From contig JBJOJS010000116.1 of NCBI GenBank assembly GCA_046046455.1, positions 8,202-72,201 on the forward strand: a stretch of DNA of 64,000 nt. Reading direction: 5' to 3'. Under the pieces are notes generated by a model. That model saw only the letters and a program-made list of their open reading frames with translations, was not told the DNA's origin and made no database searches. The DNA is from Actinomycetota bacterium. GTDB lineage: Bacteria > Actinomycetota > Actinomycetes > S36-B12. The translations under genes and the position numbers were made by a program. This document shows positions 38,451 to 48,074 of this stretch, one piece after another (positions within the stretch are counted from its first letter, which is position 1; each line of letters starts with the position of its first letter).

Positions 38451-40415
38451 GTGTCCGACGACGCCCTGGCCAATCTGCTTCAGGAGGACCGCACCTTCCC
38501 GCCGAGCCCCGCGTTCGCGGCCCAGGCCAACGCGCAGGCGTCGATGTACGACGAGGCTGCGGCGGATCGACTGGCCTTCTGGGCGGAGCAGGCCCGGCGC
38601 CTGGACTGGGCTGAGCCCTGGACCGAGGTGCTCGACTGGAGCAACGCGCCCTTCGCGCGGTGGTTCGTCGACGGGAACCTGAACGTCGCCTACAACTGCG
38701 TCGACCGGCATGTCGAGTCGGGTCACGGCGACCAGATCGCTCTGCACTTCGAGGGCGAGCCGGGTGACACTCGCGACATCACCTACGCCGAACTCCAGCG
38801 CGAGGTGAGCAAGGCAGCCCACGCCCTCACGGAACTCGGCGTCACAGCTGGCGACCGCGTCGCGATCTACATGCCGATGATCCCCGAGGCGGTCGTGGCC
38901 ATGCTCGCGTGCGCGCGCATCGGCGCTCCCCATTCCGTCGTCTTCGCGGGATTCTCCGCGGAAGCTTTGCGCTCCCGCATCGACGACGCCCAGGCCAAGC
39001 TCGTCATCACCGCTGACGGCCAGAACCGCCGCGGTGCAGCCATGCCCCTCAAGCCTGCGGTCGATGAGGCGATCGAGCAGACGCCAAGCGTGTCCCACGT
39101 CCTCGTCGTACGCCGCACGGGTGGCGACGTCACCATGCGGGAGGGCCGGGACGTCTGGTGGCACGATCTCGTGGACCGCCAGTCCGACGTACACGACCCG
39201 CAGTCCTTCGACAGCGAGCACCCGCTCTTCATCCTCTACACGTCCGGCACCACCGGGAAGCCAAAGGGCATCCTGCATACGAGCGGTGGCTACCTCACGC
39301 AGACGGCATTCACGCACGCGAATGTATTCGATCTCAAGCCCGACACCGACATCTACTGGTGCACGGCCGACATCGGCTGGGTGACCGGCCACAGCTACAT
39401 CGTCTACGGGCCGCTCGCTAACCGCGTGACGCAGGTCATCTACGAAGGCACGCCAGACACTCCCCACAAGGGGCGCTTCTGGGAGATCGTTGAGAAGTAC
39501 GGCGTGACGATCTTCTACACGGCACCCACCGCTATCCGCACCTTCATGAAGTGGGGTACGGAGTATCCCCAGCAGCATGACCTGTCATCGCTACGCCTGC
39601 TCGGCACCGTTGGTGAGCCCATCAATCCCGAGGCATGGATGTGGTACCGCGACGTCATCGGGGGCGACGAGTGCCCCATCGTCGACACCTGGTGGCAGAC
39701 CGAGACGGGCGCCATCATGATCAGCCCTCTGCCCGGTGTGACCGCCACGAAGCCCGGCTCGGCCATGCGCCCGCTGCCGGGCATCGGTGCGGCTGTCGTC
39801 GATGACGAGGGACGGCCGGTCGAACTCGGCCACGGGGGCTACCTCGTGCTCACCGAGCCGTGGCCGTCGATGCTGCGAGGCATCTGGGGTGACAACCAGC
39901 GGTACGTCGACACGTACTGGTCGCGATGGCCGCAGTACTACTTCGCGGGCGACGGCGCGAAGATCGACTTCGATGGAGCGCTCTGGCTGCTCGGCCGCGT
40001 CGATGACGTGATGAATGTGTCCGGTCACCGCATCTCCACCACGGAGGTCGAGTCCGCTCTCGTCTCGCATCCCACGGTCGCCGAGGCCGCTGTCGTCGGT
40101 GCGGCTGACGACGTTACGGGGCAGGGCATCGTCGCCTTCGTCATCCTGCGCGGTGGCGTCGAGGAGGGCGCCGATGGGAGCGAGTACATCACGGCGCTGC
40201 GCAATCACGTCGCACATGAGATCGGCCCCATCGCCAAGCCGCGACAGATCATGATCGTGTCGGAACTGCCCAAGACCCGCTCCGGCAAGATCATGCGTCG
40301 GCTCCTGCGTGACGTGGCGGAGAATAGGTCCCTCGGCGATGTGACGACGCTGGCTGATCCCCACGTCATGCAGCTGATCTCCACCGGACTGCAGACGGGC
40401 AGCGGCGAGGATTAG
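38451..40415 (+). CDS. acs: Acetyl-CoA synthetase
   Basis: [38 protein letters not shown] then GTG at 38451. Confidence 0.97.
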   Translation: MSDDALANLLQEDRTFPPSPAFAAQANAQASMYDEAAADRLAFWAEQARRLDWAEPWTEVLDWSNAPFARWFVDGNLNVAYNCVDRHVESGHGDQIALHFEGEPGDTRDITYAELQREVSKAAHALTELGVTAGDRVAIYMPMIPEAVVAMLACARIGAPHSVVFAGFSAEALRSRIDDAQAKLVITADGQNRRGAAMPLKPAVDEAIEQTPSVSHVLVVRRTGGDVTMREGRDVWWHDLVDRQSDVHDPQSFDSEHPLFILYTSGTTGKPKGILHTSGGYLTQTAFTHANVFDLKPDTDIYWCTADIGWVTGHSYIVYGPLANRVTQVIYEGTPDTPHKGRFWEIVEKYGVTIFYTAPTAIRTFMKWGTEYPQQHDLSSLRLLGTVGEPINPEAWMWYRDVIGGDECPIVDTWWQTETGAIMISPLPGVTATKPGSAMRPLPGIGAAVVDDEGRPVELGHGGYLVLTEPWPSMLRGIWGDNQRYVDTYWSRWPQYYFAGDGAKIDFDGALWLLGRVDDVMNVSGHRISTTEVESALVSHPTVAEAAVVGAADDVTGQGIVAFVILRGGVEEGADGSEYITALRNHVAHEIGPIAKPRQIMIVSELPKTRSGKIMRRLLRDVAENRSLGDVTTLADPHVMQLISTGLQTGSGED

Positions 40416-40444
40416 CCCACGCTTCACGCACTGCGCGATACAGG

Positions 40445-40510
40445 TAACCTGTAGAGCGGTGTGCCGGGAAGCCTGGTCGGCGTTTCCTCGACCGACCCTG
40501 GAGGCCCCCG
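40445..40510 (+). promoter_or_regulatory. Putative -10 element (TAACCT) and structured nhaA leader, candidate cis-regulatory RNA
   Basis: TAACCT 40445-40450; GTGCCGGGAAGCCTGGTCGGC followed by CCGACC next to the GGAGG RBS. Confidence 0.4.
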
Positions 40511-41860
40511 ATGGCTCACCCCGATGGGAACTCATCTTTGGATGACGCCGCGCCCCAACTCTTCGATAGACCACCTCTCGGTGAACGCATCTGGCTGCTG
40601 CGCGCCTTGCGTGGAGAGACCATTGGCGGAGTCCTCCTGCTCGTCGCTGCCGTCATCGCCATCGCGTGGGCGAACTCCCCCTGGGGCGACTCCTACTTCG
40701 CGCTCGGCGCGATCACGGTGGGGCCCGAGGCACTGGGACTCAATCTCAGCCTGGCCACGTGGGCAGCGGATGGACTGCTCGCGGTCTTCTTCTTCGTCGC
40801 GGGGCTCGAACTCAAGCACGAGCTGACGCACGGCACGTTGTCGAAGCCGGCGCAGGCGGCAGTGCCGATCGCTGCAGCTATCGGCGGCATGGCGGTGCCG
40901 GCGATCATCTTCGTCACGATCGTCGCGGCGTCAGGGGAGCCGGGTGGCCTGCGCGGATGGGCCGTGCCCATGGCCACCGACATCGCGTTCGCGCTCGCCG
41001 TACTCGCCGTCGTCGGACGCATGCTCCCGGTCGCACTGCGGGCGTTCCTCCTCACGCTCGCCGTCGTCGATGACCTCGGTGCCATCACGATCATCGCGAT
41101 CTTCTACTCCAAGGGGTTCTCACTTCCGTTCTTCCTCTTGGCGGTAGCCCTCCTGGGCGTCTACTGGTTCCTTCAGAGGCGCCGGGTGCGCAGCCCCGTG
41201 ATCTACGTGCCCCTCGCCCTCGTCATCTGGTGGGCGACACATGAGAGCGGGATCCACGCCACCGTCGCCGGAGTGGCCATGGCACTGCTCACGAGGTCGA
41301 GCACCGATCCGGGAGAGGTCGAGTCACCGGTGGACCGGCTGCAGCGCATGCTCCTGCCGCTCAGCGCCGGACTGTGCGTGCCGCTCTTCGCCTTCTTCGC
41401 CGCAGGCGTCGACCTGCGCAGCACCGGACTCGTGACGGCGTTGAGCAGCCCCGTCGCCATCGGCATCATGGCCGGACTCATCCTGGGCAAGCCCATCGGT
41501 GTCGTGGGCACAGCGTGGCTGATGGCCCGCTTCACGCGCGCCCGGCTCAACCCCGCCATCGGGTGGCGGGACGTCTTGGCCGTGGGCCTCCTCGCCGGAA
41601 TCGGCTTCACCGTCGCCCTGCTCATCACGGAGTTGGCCTATTCGGACAACGAAGGGCTACTCGACAGCGCCAAGGTGGCGGTCTTCTCGGCCTCGGTGAT
41701 CTCGGCCCTCATCGCCTCGGTGATGCTCCTGACCCGCAACCGGCACTACCGCCGAGCGGCGGCCATCGAGGAGGCGGACGTCGACGGGGACGGCATTCCT
41801 GACGTCTATCAGCGTGGTGCTGACGGGGAAGCCGGCGCGCCGCCCCAGGGGACCCACTAG
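40511..41860 (+). CDS. nhaA: Na+/H+ antiporter NhaA
   Basis: FFFVAGLELK, GWAVPMATDIAF, LAVVDDLGAI, SGIHAT, GIGFT. Confidence 0.95.
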   Translation: MAHPDGNSSLDDAAPQLFDRPPLGERIWLLRALRGETIGGVLLLVAAVIAIAWANSPWGDSYFALGAITVGPEALGLNLSLATWAADGLLAVFFFVAGLELKHELTHGTLSKPAQAAVPIAAAIGGMAVPAIIFVTIVAASGEPGGLRGWAVPMATDIAFALAVLAVVGRMLPVALRAFLLTLAVVDDLGAITIIAIFYSKGFSLPFFLLAVALLGVYWFLQRRRVRSPVIYVPLALVIWWATHESGIHATVAGVAMALLTRSSTDPGEVESPVDRLQRMLLPLSAGLCVPLFAFFAAGVDLRSTGLVTALSSPVAIGIMAGLILGKPIGVVGTAWLMARFTRARLNPAIGWRDVLAVGLLAGIGFTVALLITELAYSDNEGLLDSAKVAVFSASVISALIASVMLLTRNRHYRRAAAIEEADVDGDGIPDVYQRGADGEAGAPPQGTH

Positions 41861-41892
41861 CCTTCCTGCGACGGACAGCGAAGGAGACGACC

Positions 41893-42339
41893 ATGCCCGA
41901 TATGACTCCCCCGGGAGAGGCCTCGATCAAGGCCCTGGTCGCTGCTGCCGTTGCCGATCTCCAGCGACTGGTCAAGGCGCAGATCGCCCTTGCCAAACTC
42001 GAGCTTCAGCAAACGGGGCGCGCCGCGGGCAAGACCGGCATCTTCATCGTGACGGCGCTGTCCATGGCTGCGCTCGGCGGCATCTTTCTCCTCGTCACAC
42101 TTGCCTACGTACTTGTCGCACTCGGACTTCCCGTATGGGCGGGCTTCGGGATCGTGACCCTGCTGCTCTTCATCGCTGCCGCCATCCTCGGTCTGCTCGG
42201 CAAGAAGGAGTCGGCCAAGATCAAGGGACCCGACCGCACGATCGCGCAGATCGAGCAGACCAAGGCGACCCTGCAGTCGGCCGTCGAACAGGCCACGGAC
42301 TTCCCGACCGCGGAGTCGCGCGCCCTGCCCGAGCGCTGA
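41893..42339 (+). CDS. Holin-superfamily two-TM membrane protein (Rv3669-like, core chromosomal gene)
   Basis: LVKAQIALAKLEL, two TM helices, GPDRTI; AAGGAG RBS. Confidence 0.75.
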   Translation: MPDMTPPGEASIKALVAAAVADLQRLVKAQIALAKLELQQTGRAAGKTGIFIVTALSMAALGGIFLLVTLAYVLVALGLPVWAGFGIVTLLLFIAAAILGLLGKKESAKIKGPDRTIAQIEQTKATLQSAVEQATDFPTAESRALPER

Positions 42340-42346
42340 CACGGGC

Positions 42347-43267
42347 GTGCTCCTCGATCCCGAAGACGTCATCCGCGAGCCCGGCCCCTGGGCTCACCGA
42401 GACGTCTCCGCCAACGGAGCGCGCTTCCACATCGTCGAGGCAGGCGAGGGTCCGCTCGTCGTACTCCTGCATGGCTTCCCGACCCTGTGGTGGTCGTGGC
42501 GCCGCCAATTGCGCTCCTTCGCCGAAGCGGGTTACCGGGTGGTCGCCATGGACCTGCGGGGCTACGGAGGCTCAGACCACACGCCTCACGGCTACGACCC
42601 CACGACGCTGTCTCGTGACGTGGCCGGGGTCATCCGCAGCCTCGGTGAGCCTTCCGCAACCGTCATCGGCCACGGCTGGGGCGGCCTGATCGCCTGGAGC
42701 ATGGCGATCCTCGACCCCGACGTGGTCGATGCCATCGTGCCCGTCTCCATGCCCCATCCGCGGAGATTCCGCGCGGCGATCGTGCGTGATGCGATCCAGC
42801 GTCGTCAGGCGCTCTACGCCGTGGGCTTCCAGTGGCCCTTCCTCCCCGAGCGCTCGCTCATGGCGGATGACTGCTCGCGAGTGGGCGAGATCCTCGAGTC
42901 GTGGTCCGCGACACCCGGCTGGCCAGACGCGGAGACATCACTGGCCTACCGGTCGGCATTCTCGCTGTGGCCGACCGCGCACTGCGCGGTGGAGTATCAC
43001 CGCTGGGCACTGCGATCCCTCGTGCGCACTGACGGCATCCGCTACTCGCACCGGATGGAAACGCCGATCGAGGTGCCTGTGCTGCACATCCACGGCGCGC
43101 AGGATCCCTCCGTGCTCCTGCGCAGCGCTGAGGGCTCGGGCGAGTGGGTCGCGGGCCCCTACGACTTCCACATCATCGACTCCGTGGGCCACTTCCCCCA
43201 TGAGGAGGCACCTGAGGTCTTCGATCCGATCGTGCTGAAGTGGCTCGCCGGCCTGCCGCGTGCGTGA
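42347..43267 (+). CDS. Alpha/beta hydrolase, epoxide hydrolase-like (Rv3670-like)
   Basis: LLHGFP, DLRGYGGSD, GHGWGG, GHFPHEE. Confidence 0.85.
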   Translation: MLLDPEDVIREPGPWAHRDVSANGARFHIVEAGEGPLVVLLHGFPTLWWSWRRQLRSFAEAGYRVVAMDLRGYGGSDHTPHGYDPTTLSRDVAGVIRSLGEPSATVIGHGWGGLIAWSMAILDPDVVDAIVPVSMPHPRRFRAAIVRDAIQRRQALYAVGFQWPFLPERSLMADDCSRVGEILESWSATPGWPDAETSLAYRSAFSLWPTAHCAVEYHRWALRSLVRTDGIRYSHRMETPIEVPVLHIHGAQDPSVLLRSAEGSGEWVAGPYDFHIIDSVGHFPHEEAPEVFDPIVLKWLAGLPRA

Positions 43268-43632
43268 TGCGACCGCGCGACCGGTTGGGGCGACCGCTGG
43301 CCTGGGACGCGGTCGGCTTCCCCGGTGTGGAGCAGCGCGATCGCATCACGTCTGATGCCGCCGTATCTGAGGCTGTCGACTACCTCGAGCGCGGGCTGCC
43401 CTTCCACGCGCACGAGGTGCTCGAGATGCGCTGGCGTTGCTGTCCCGTCGAGGAGCGACCGCTGTGGCGTGGACTCGCGCAGGCCGCTGCGGGTGTCACG
43501 CACGCCGCACGCGGCAATCCCGTCGGTGCCGAGCGCCTCATCGCCCGCGGGCGCACGAGCATCGAGGAGTACGCCGGATCCCTGGACGCGGCGACGCGTG
43601 ATCTGGTGGCTCAGCTCACCCAGGTCGACTGA
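43267..43632 (+). CDS. DUF309 family protein
   Basis: RPRDRLGRPL, PFHAHEVLE.RW, LWRGLAQ, RGNPVGA. Confidence 0.8.
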   Translation: MRPRDRLGRPLAWDAVGFPGVEQRDRITSDAAVSEAVDYLERGLPFHAHEVLEMRWRCCPVEERPLWRGLAQAAAGVTHAARGNPVGAERLIARGRTSIEEYAGSLDAATRDLVAQLTQVD

Positions 43633-43669
43633 CAGGCCAACCTGGCGGGTGCGACAGCGATGTAGCGCC

Positions 43670-43718
43670 CAACTTCGAGCGGAGAAGGTAGGAAAACGAC
43701 CTTCTCCGCTCGGAATTC
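43670..43718. repeat. 49-nt palindromic element, copy A
   Basis: Perfect 14-bp arms CGAGCGGAGAAGGT / ACCTTCTCCGCTCG. Confidence 0.8.
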
Positions 43719-43767
43719 ATCTACCGCACGCCGACTGACCATGCGCTCGTCGCAAGGATGCGCGTGA

Positions 43768-44949
43768 TCACCGGCAGCGTCCGGTGTCGACGGACTCGAG
43801 GGCAACGGCGCCGATCCGAGCAAGCGGCGTGGCCTGCTCAGCGGTGATGGCGTAGCCGGTCTCCTCCTCGCCGAGTCCCGCGGCGAAGACGACGCCGTAG
43901 ACGCGCCCATTGGGGGCGAGCAGGGGACCCCCGGAGTTGCCCGGGACCACGGTGCCCCTGAAGGAGTACACATCGCGCACGACTCCCGATCGCCCGTAGA
44001 TGTCCTCGCCGCGGGCATCGATGCGATCGCGGATGCGCGCCGCCCCCGCCTGGAGGTCGCCGCCTCCGGGGAAGCCGGCGACAACCGCGCCGTCACCGGT
44101 CTCCGCGGGCCGCGTAGCGAAGGCGAGCGGTGGAGCGGGGAGTCCCTCAACACGGAGCACGGCCAGGTCGATACGCGCGTCGATGGCTACCACCGTCGCC
44201 GGGTAGCTCGCCGGATCCCCCGGGATGCGCACGCTGGGCTGATCCGAGCCAGCGATGACGTGCGCATTGGTCAGGATGCGATCGGGTGCGTAGGCGAAGC
44301 CCGAACCAGTGACCACGGCATCGCAGGCAACCGCGGTGACCTTCACGAGTGACGGCCAGGAGGCACGCACCGCCGGATCTCGGAGGAGGCGCTCATTGGG
44401 CGCGGGCACCTGCGGTCCGGCGTACTGCCCCAGGCCGGAGAACACCCGGGGTAGGCCCGACGCGTCGACGGCATTGCGCAGGCCGGAGAAGAGATCGCGC
44501 GCCTGGTCGGGAACGGCGGAGTCCAGTGTCCGCAGCAGCAGCGACGAGCGGACCTCCCGCGCGACCGACAGGCTCGGCACGAGACCGACGGCCATGGCGA
44601 TGATCCACAGCACCACAGCGAGGGCGACCACGTTGAGGGCCGCTCCCGCGGCGCTATCGACGACCTGGACACCCTTCGCTGTCATGGCCGACCGCAGCCG
44701 ACGGCCCAGGAGGGACGCGAGCGTCTGGCCGACGAGCGCCGCGAGGAGGATCGCCGTGGCGAGCAGGAGTGGACCGAGTGCTCCCGGGAGATCGCGACCT
44801 TCGAAGGCCCGGGGCAGCAGCAGCGCGGCAGCGAGGGCGCCCACCAGGAAGCCCCCGAAGGACAGCAATCCCGCTACGAAGCCCTGACGCCATCCGGTCC
44901 ACGCGAAGACGACGAGCGCCGCGAGGACGATGGCGTCGACGAGGTTCAC
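43768..44949 (-). CDS. marP: MarP-family membrane serine protease
   Basis: N-terminal TM domain (GWRQGF), GSGF, TNAHV, DLAVL, GNSGGPL; GTGA overlap with the upstream gene. Confidence 0.88.
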   Translation of the reverse strand: MNLVDAIVLAALVVFAWTGWRQGFVAGLLSFGGFLVGALAAALLLPRAFEGRDLPGALGPLLLATAILLAALVGQTLASLLGRRLRSAMTAKGVQVVDSAAGAALNVVALAVVLWIIAMAVGLVPSLSVAREVRSSLLLRTLDSAVPDQARDLFSGLRNAVDASGLPRVFSGLGQYAGPQVPAPNERLLRDPAVRASWPSLVKVTAVACDAVVTGSGFAYAPDRILTNAHVIAGSDQPSVRIPGDPASYPATVVAIDARIDLAVLRVEGLPAPPLAFATRPAETGDGAVVAGFPGGGDLQAGAARIRDRIDARGEDIYGRSGVVRDVYSFRGTVVPGNSGGPLLAPNGRVYGVVFAAGLGEEETGYAITAEQATPLARIGAVALESVDTGRCR

Positions 44950-45623
44950 AGGTCGGCGTCCTCGGTGAGATCGACGATGCGATCGGGATCCCACGGTCGC
45001 GCCCAGCCTGCGAGGTCGAGCAGGCCGCTGATGAGGCCCGCGGTGAATCCCCACACGACGAGACCGGCCACGTCGAATCCCATGCCGACGTACCCCGACG
45101 GATGCCGCACGCGCATCCGGCGGGCGGGATCGGCGAGTTGGTCGATGGGCACGCGGTGGACGCTTGCCACCTCCGTGGGATCGGCGACGCGCACCGGCGA
45201 CGGCTCTCGCCACCACGCGAGTACGGGCGTCACGATGAAGTCGCTCACCGGGACCCAGAGGTCAGGCAATAGTGCGAAGGGCTCCACGCCGGCGGGGTCG
45301 AGCGCGGTCTCCTCCTGGGCTTCGCGCAGGGCCGCCTCGATCGGTCCGCGGTCACCCGGCTCCAGCGCCCCGCCCGGGAAGGCAGGCTGCCCCGCGTGCG
45401 AGCGCATGTCGTGAGCGCGCTCGATCAGCAGCAGGTCCGGGCCGTGATCTCCTTCGCCGAGAAGCATGAGGACGGCGGATGGGCGGCCACCGGTGGGCGG
45501 GGGAAGGAAGCGGGTGAGATCCGATCCCCTCACGCCTTCGGTCGCTCGGGCCACGGGGCGCAGCCAGTCGGGCAGGTCAACGCCGGGGAGAGCCGCCCCG
45601 ATATCAGGATCGCGGCCGATCAT
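44946..45623 (-). CDS. Nudix CoA pyrophosphatase
   Basis: [30 protein letters not shown] overlap with nth. Confidence 0.88.
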   Translation of the reverse strand: MIGRDPDIGAALPGVDLPDWLRPVARATEGVRGSDLTRFLPPPTGGRPSAVLMLLGEGDHGPDLLLIERAHDMRSHAGQPAFPGGALEPGDRGPIEAALREAQEETALDPAGVEPFALLPDLWVPVSDFIVTPVLAWWREPSPVRVADPTEVASVHRVPIDQLADPARRMRVRHPSGYVGMGFDVAGLVVWGFTAGLISGLLDLAGWARPWDPDRIVDLTEDADL

Positions 45624-46279
45624 GCTCGGACTCCGTCGCGAGCGGGAGCTCCAGCGAATGACGGGCACAGTGATGCGAGCGGGCATGTATCGCAGGCCGG
45701 CTTGCGGGCATGGCACACGCGTCGTCCGTGCAGGATCATGCGGTGGGACAGGTCGGTCCACTCGGACGGCGGGAAGAGGCCCATGAGATCGGCCTCGACC
45801 TTGTCGGGCACGGTCTGCTCCGTCCAGCCGAAGCGCCGGGCCAGCCTGCCGACATGGGTGTCCACGGTGATGCCCGGGATGTCGAAGGCATTGCCGAGGA
45901 CGACGTTGGCCGTCTTGCGGCCCACCCCGGGCAGTGCCACGAGTTCCTCGAGCGTGCCGGGCACCTGACCGCCGTGGCGCTCGCACAGGACCTGGGCAAG
46001 TCCCTGGATGCTCGCGGCCTTGGACCGGTAGAGGCCGATCGACTGGATGAGGGACTCCAGCTCTGCCCGGTCGGCGCCGGCGTACGCGGCGGCATCGGGG
46101 TAGCGCGCGAAGAGTGCCGGGGTCACGGCATTGACGCGCTCATCGGTGCTCTGTGCCGAGAGGACCGTCGCGACGAGGAGCTCCAGCGGGGTGGTGTAGT
46201 CGAGCTCGGTGTCGGCCTCCGGATACGCCTCGGCCAGGACGCGGCCCATGCGGCGGGCCAAGCGGGCGGCATCGGGCAC
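45620..46279 (-). CDS. nth: Endonuclease III
   Basis: LSAQSTD, Hh[18 protein letters not shown], Cys4 cluster C-x6-C-x2-C-x5-C. Confidence 0.95.
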   Translation of the reverse strand: MPDAARLARRMGRVLAEAYPEADTELDYTTPLELLVATVLSAQSTDERVNAVTPALFARYPDAAAYAGADRAELESLIQSIGLYRSKAASIQGLAQVLCERHGGQVPGTLEELVALPGVGRKTANVVLGNAFDIPGITVDTHVGRLARRFGWTEQTVPDKVEADLMGLFPPSEWTDLSHRMILHGRRVCHARKPACDTCPLASLCPSFAGAPARDGVRA

Positions 46280-46333
46280 CCGGCCAGGGTACGTCGCGGA
46301 GCACTCTCAGCCCTCAGGGCTGGAGCAAAGGGG

Positions 46334-46382
46334 GTTCTTTGCCCGGAAACCGCTACCGGGTGACGCTTTCCGGGCAAAGAAG
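46334..46382. repeat. Palindromic element, copy D, between divergent nth and crp
   Basis: Perfect 15-bp arms TTCTTTGCCCGGAAA / TTTCCGGGCAAAGAA. Confidence 0.75.
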
Positions 46383-46463
46383 TCGCGATGAACGTTGCGG
46401 CACATCTCCTCCCTGCACGGGCACCACACGCACCCATACGTCAGACTGTGACGAGGAGGTTCC

Positions 46464-47138
46464 GTGGACGACGCACTCATGCAGGCACCGCTCTTCTCGG
46501 CACTCGATGCCGAGGCTGCCGCGGCGCTGCGCGCCTCGATGGCCGAGAAGCGCGTGCCCCGCGCGGGCGTGATCTTCTCCGAGGGTGAACCGGGCGACCG
46601 GATGTACGTCATCCTCGACGGCAAGGTCAAGCTCGGTCAGACCTCCCCCGACGGCAGGGAGTCCCTGCTCGCCGTGCTGGGGCCGGGCGAGGTCTTCGGC
46701 GAACTCTCGCTCTTCGATCCCGGTCCGCGCACCGCGACCGCCACGGCCGTGACCGACACGGTCGTCGTGGGACTCGGCCATGCCGACCTGCGCCCCTGGC
46801 TCACCGGTCGCCCCGAGGTCGCCGAAGCTCTCCTCCAGGCACTGGCTCAGCGGCTGCGTCGTACGAATGAGGCCCTCGCCGATTTGGTCTTCTCCGACGT
46901 GCCCGGTCGTGTCGCCAAGCAGCTGCTGGAGCTCGCCGACAAGTTCGGTCAGCCGGGGCCCGACGGCGTGCTCGTGCACCACGACCTCACGCAGGAGGAG
47001 CTCGCGCAACTCGTGGGAGCGTCACGCGAGACCGTCAATAAGGCACTGGCGGACTTCACCGGCCGCGGCTGGATCGAGGTCGATCAGCGCCAGGTGCTGC
47101 TCATGGACATGGAGCGCCTCGCGCGGCGAGCCCGCTGA
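46464..47138 (+). CDS. crp: Crp/GlxR family cAMP receptor protein
   Basis: FGELSLFDPGPRT, DVPGRVAK, HTH LTQEELAQLVGASRETVNKAL; AGGAGG RBS. Confidence 0.95.
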   Translation: MDDALMQAPLFSALDAEAAAALRASMAEKRVPRAGVIFSEGEPGDRMYVILDGKVKLGQTSPDGRESLLAVLGPGEVFGELSLFDPGPRTATATAVTDTVVVGLGHADLRPWLTGRPEVAEALLQALAQRLRRTNEALADLVFSDVPGRVAKQLLELADKFGQPGPDGVLVHHDLTQEELAQLVGASRETVNKALADFTGRGWIEVDQRQVLLMDMERLARRAR

Positions 47139-47163
47139 GCGAGTGGAGCGCCTCGCGCGCCAC

Positions 47164-47212
47164 GAACGTCGAGCTGAGCAGGTCGAAAAGTGACCTCATG
47201 CGCTCGAAGTTC
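47164..47212. repeat. 49-nt palindromic element, copy B
   Basis: GAACGTCGAGC ... GCTCGAAGTTC with inner AGGTC/GACCT; 36 of 49 positions identical to copy A without gaps. Confidence 0.75.
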
Positions 47213-47267
47213 CCCGTGATGAAGGCTTTTCCGTTCCGATAAGCCTCGATAACCGGGACGTCGACTC

Positions 47268-48074
47268 TCAGCCGCGGCCGTCGAGGTAGGCGAGCTGAGC
47301 ACGCGTGCTCAGAAGGGCCGCCCAGCGCACCGCTTCGGGAATGTCGTCGTACACCGCATCGACGACCTCCTCGGGTGTGCTCGCTCCCTCAGCGACCGCT
47401 GTGCGCACCTGATCGAGGCGGGCATGACGATGGTCCAGATAGGCATCGATCACGCCGACAGGATCTCGGAGCACAGGGCCGTGGCCGGGCAGGATCGCGA
47501 TCGCCTCGCTCGCCTCCGCACGCAGGCGCAACGCCGCGAGGGAGTCGAGGTAGTCGCCGAGGTGGCCGTCAGGCCACGCCACGACTGTGGTGCCCCTTCC
47601 GAGGACCGTGTCGCCGGTGAGAAGTGCACCGTCGCGCGGCAGATGGAAGCTCAGGCAGTCTGAGGTGTGCCCGGGTGTGGCGATCACGTGGATCTCGTCG
47701 GTGCCGGCGACCACGACATCACCCGCACTGAGTCCCTCGCCTCCCAGGACATGTCCGGGATCGAGCGCGCGCACGGGCGCTCCCGTCATCTCGTGAAGAC
47801 GGCGGGCACCCTCCGCGTGATCGGGATGCCCGTGGGTCAGCAGGATCTGCACGACGCGCCCCTCGGCCGCGTCCACGATCGCACGCAGGTGGGACTCGTC
47901 ATCGGGGCCAGGATCGATGATGACCATGACGTCGCCCGGCTGGCCGACGAGCCAGGTGTTGGTGCCATCGAGGGTCATCGGGCTCGGGTTGGGTGCCAGG
48001 AGGCAGGTCACCGTCGCACTGAACGCGCCCCCAGTCCACTGTTCGTCGGATCCGATGACGGGCAGGCCGCTCAT
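47268..48074 (-). CDS. Metallo-beta-lactamase fold hydrolase
   Basis: NPSPMTLDGTN, THGHPDH, TPGHT, TGDTVLG, PGHG. Confidence 0.9.
   Translation of the reverse strand: MSGLPVIGSDEQWTGGAFSATVTCLLAPNPSPMTLDGTNTWLVGQPGDVMVIIDPGPDDESHLRAIVDAAEGRVVQILLTHGHPDHAEGARRLHEMTGAPVRALDPGHVLGGEGLSAGDVVVAGTDEIHVIATPGHTSDCLSFHLPRDGALLTGDTVLGRGTTVVAWPDGHLGDYLDSLAALRLRAEASEAIAILPGHGPVLRDPVGVIDAYLDHRHARLDQVRTAVAEGASTPEEVVDAVYDDIPEAVRWAALLSTRAQLAYLDGRG

Noticed and set aside
36612..40415. 1267-aa ORF suggesting a large Acs fusion
   Set aside because: The first 613 codons are a stop-free antisense shadow of two minus-strand genes; Acs similarity starts at GTG 38451 after AGGAGG.
41893..42339. Holin-like gene as evidence of a prophage
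   Set aside because: It sits in conserved core synteny with no phage structural, lysis or integrase genes nearby.
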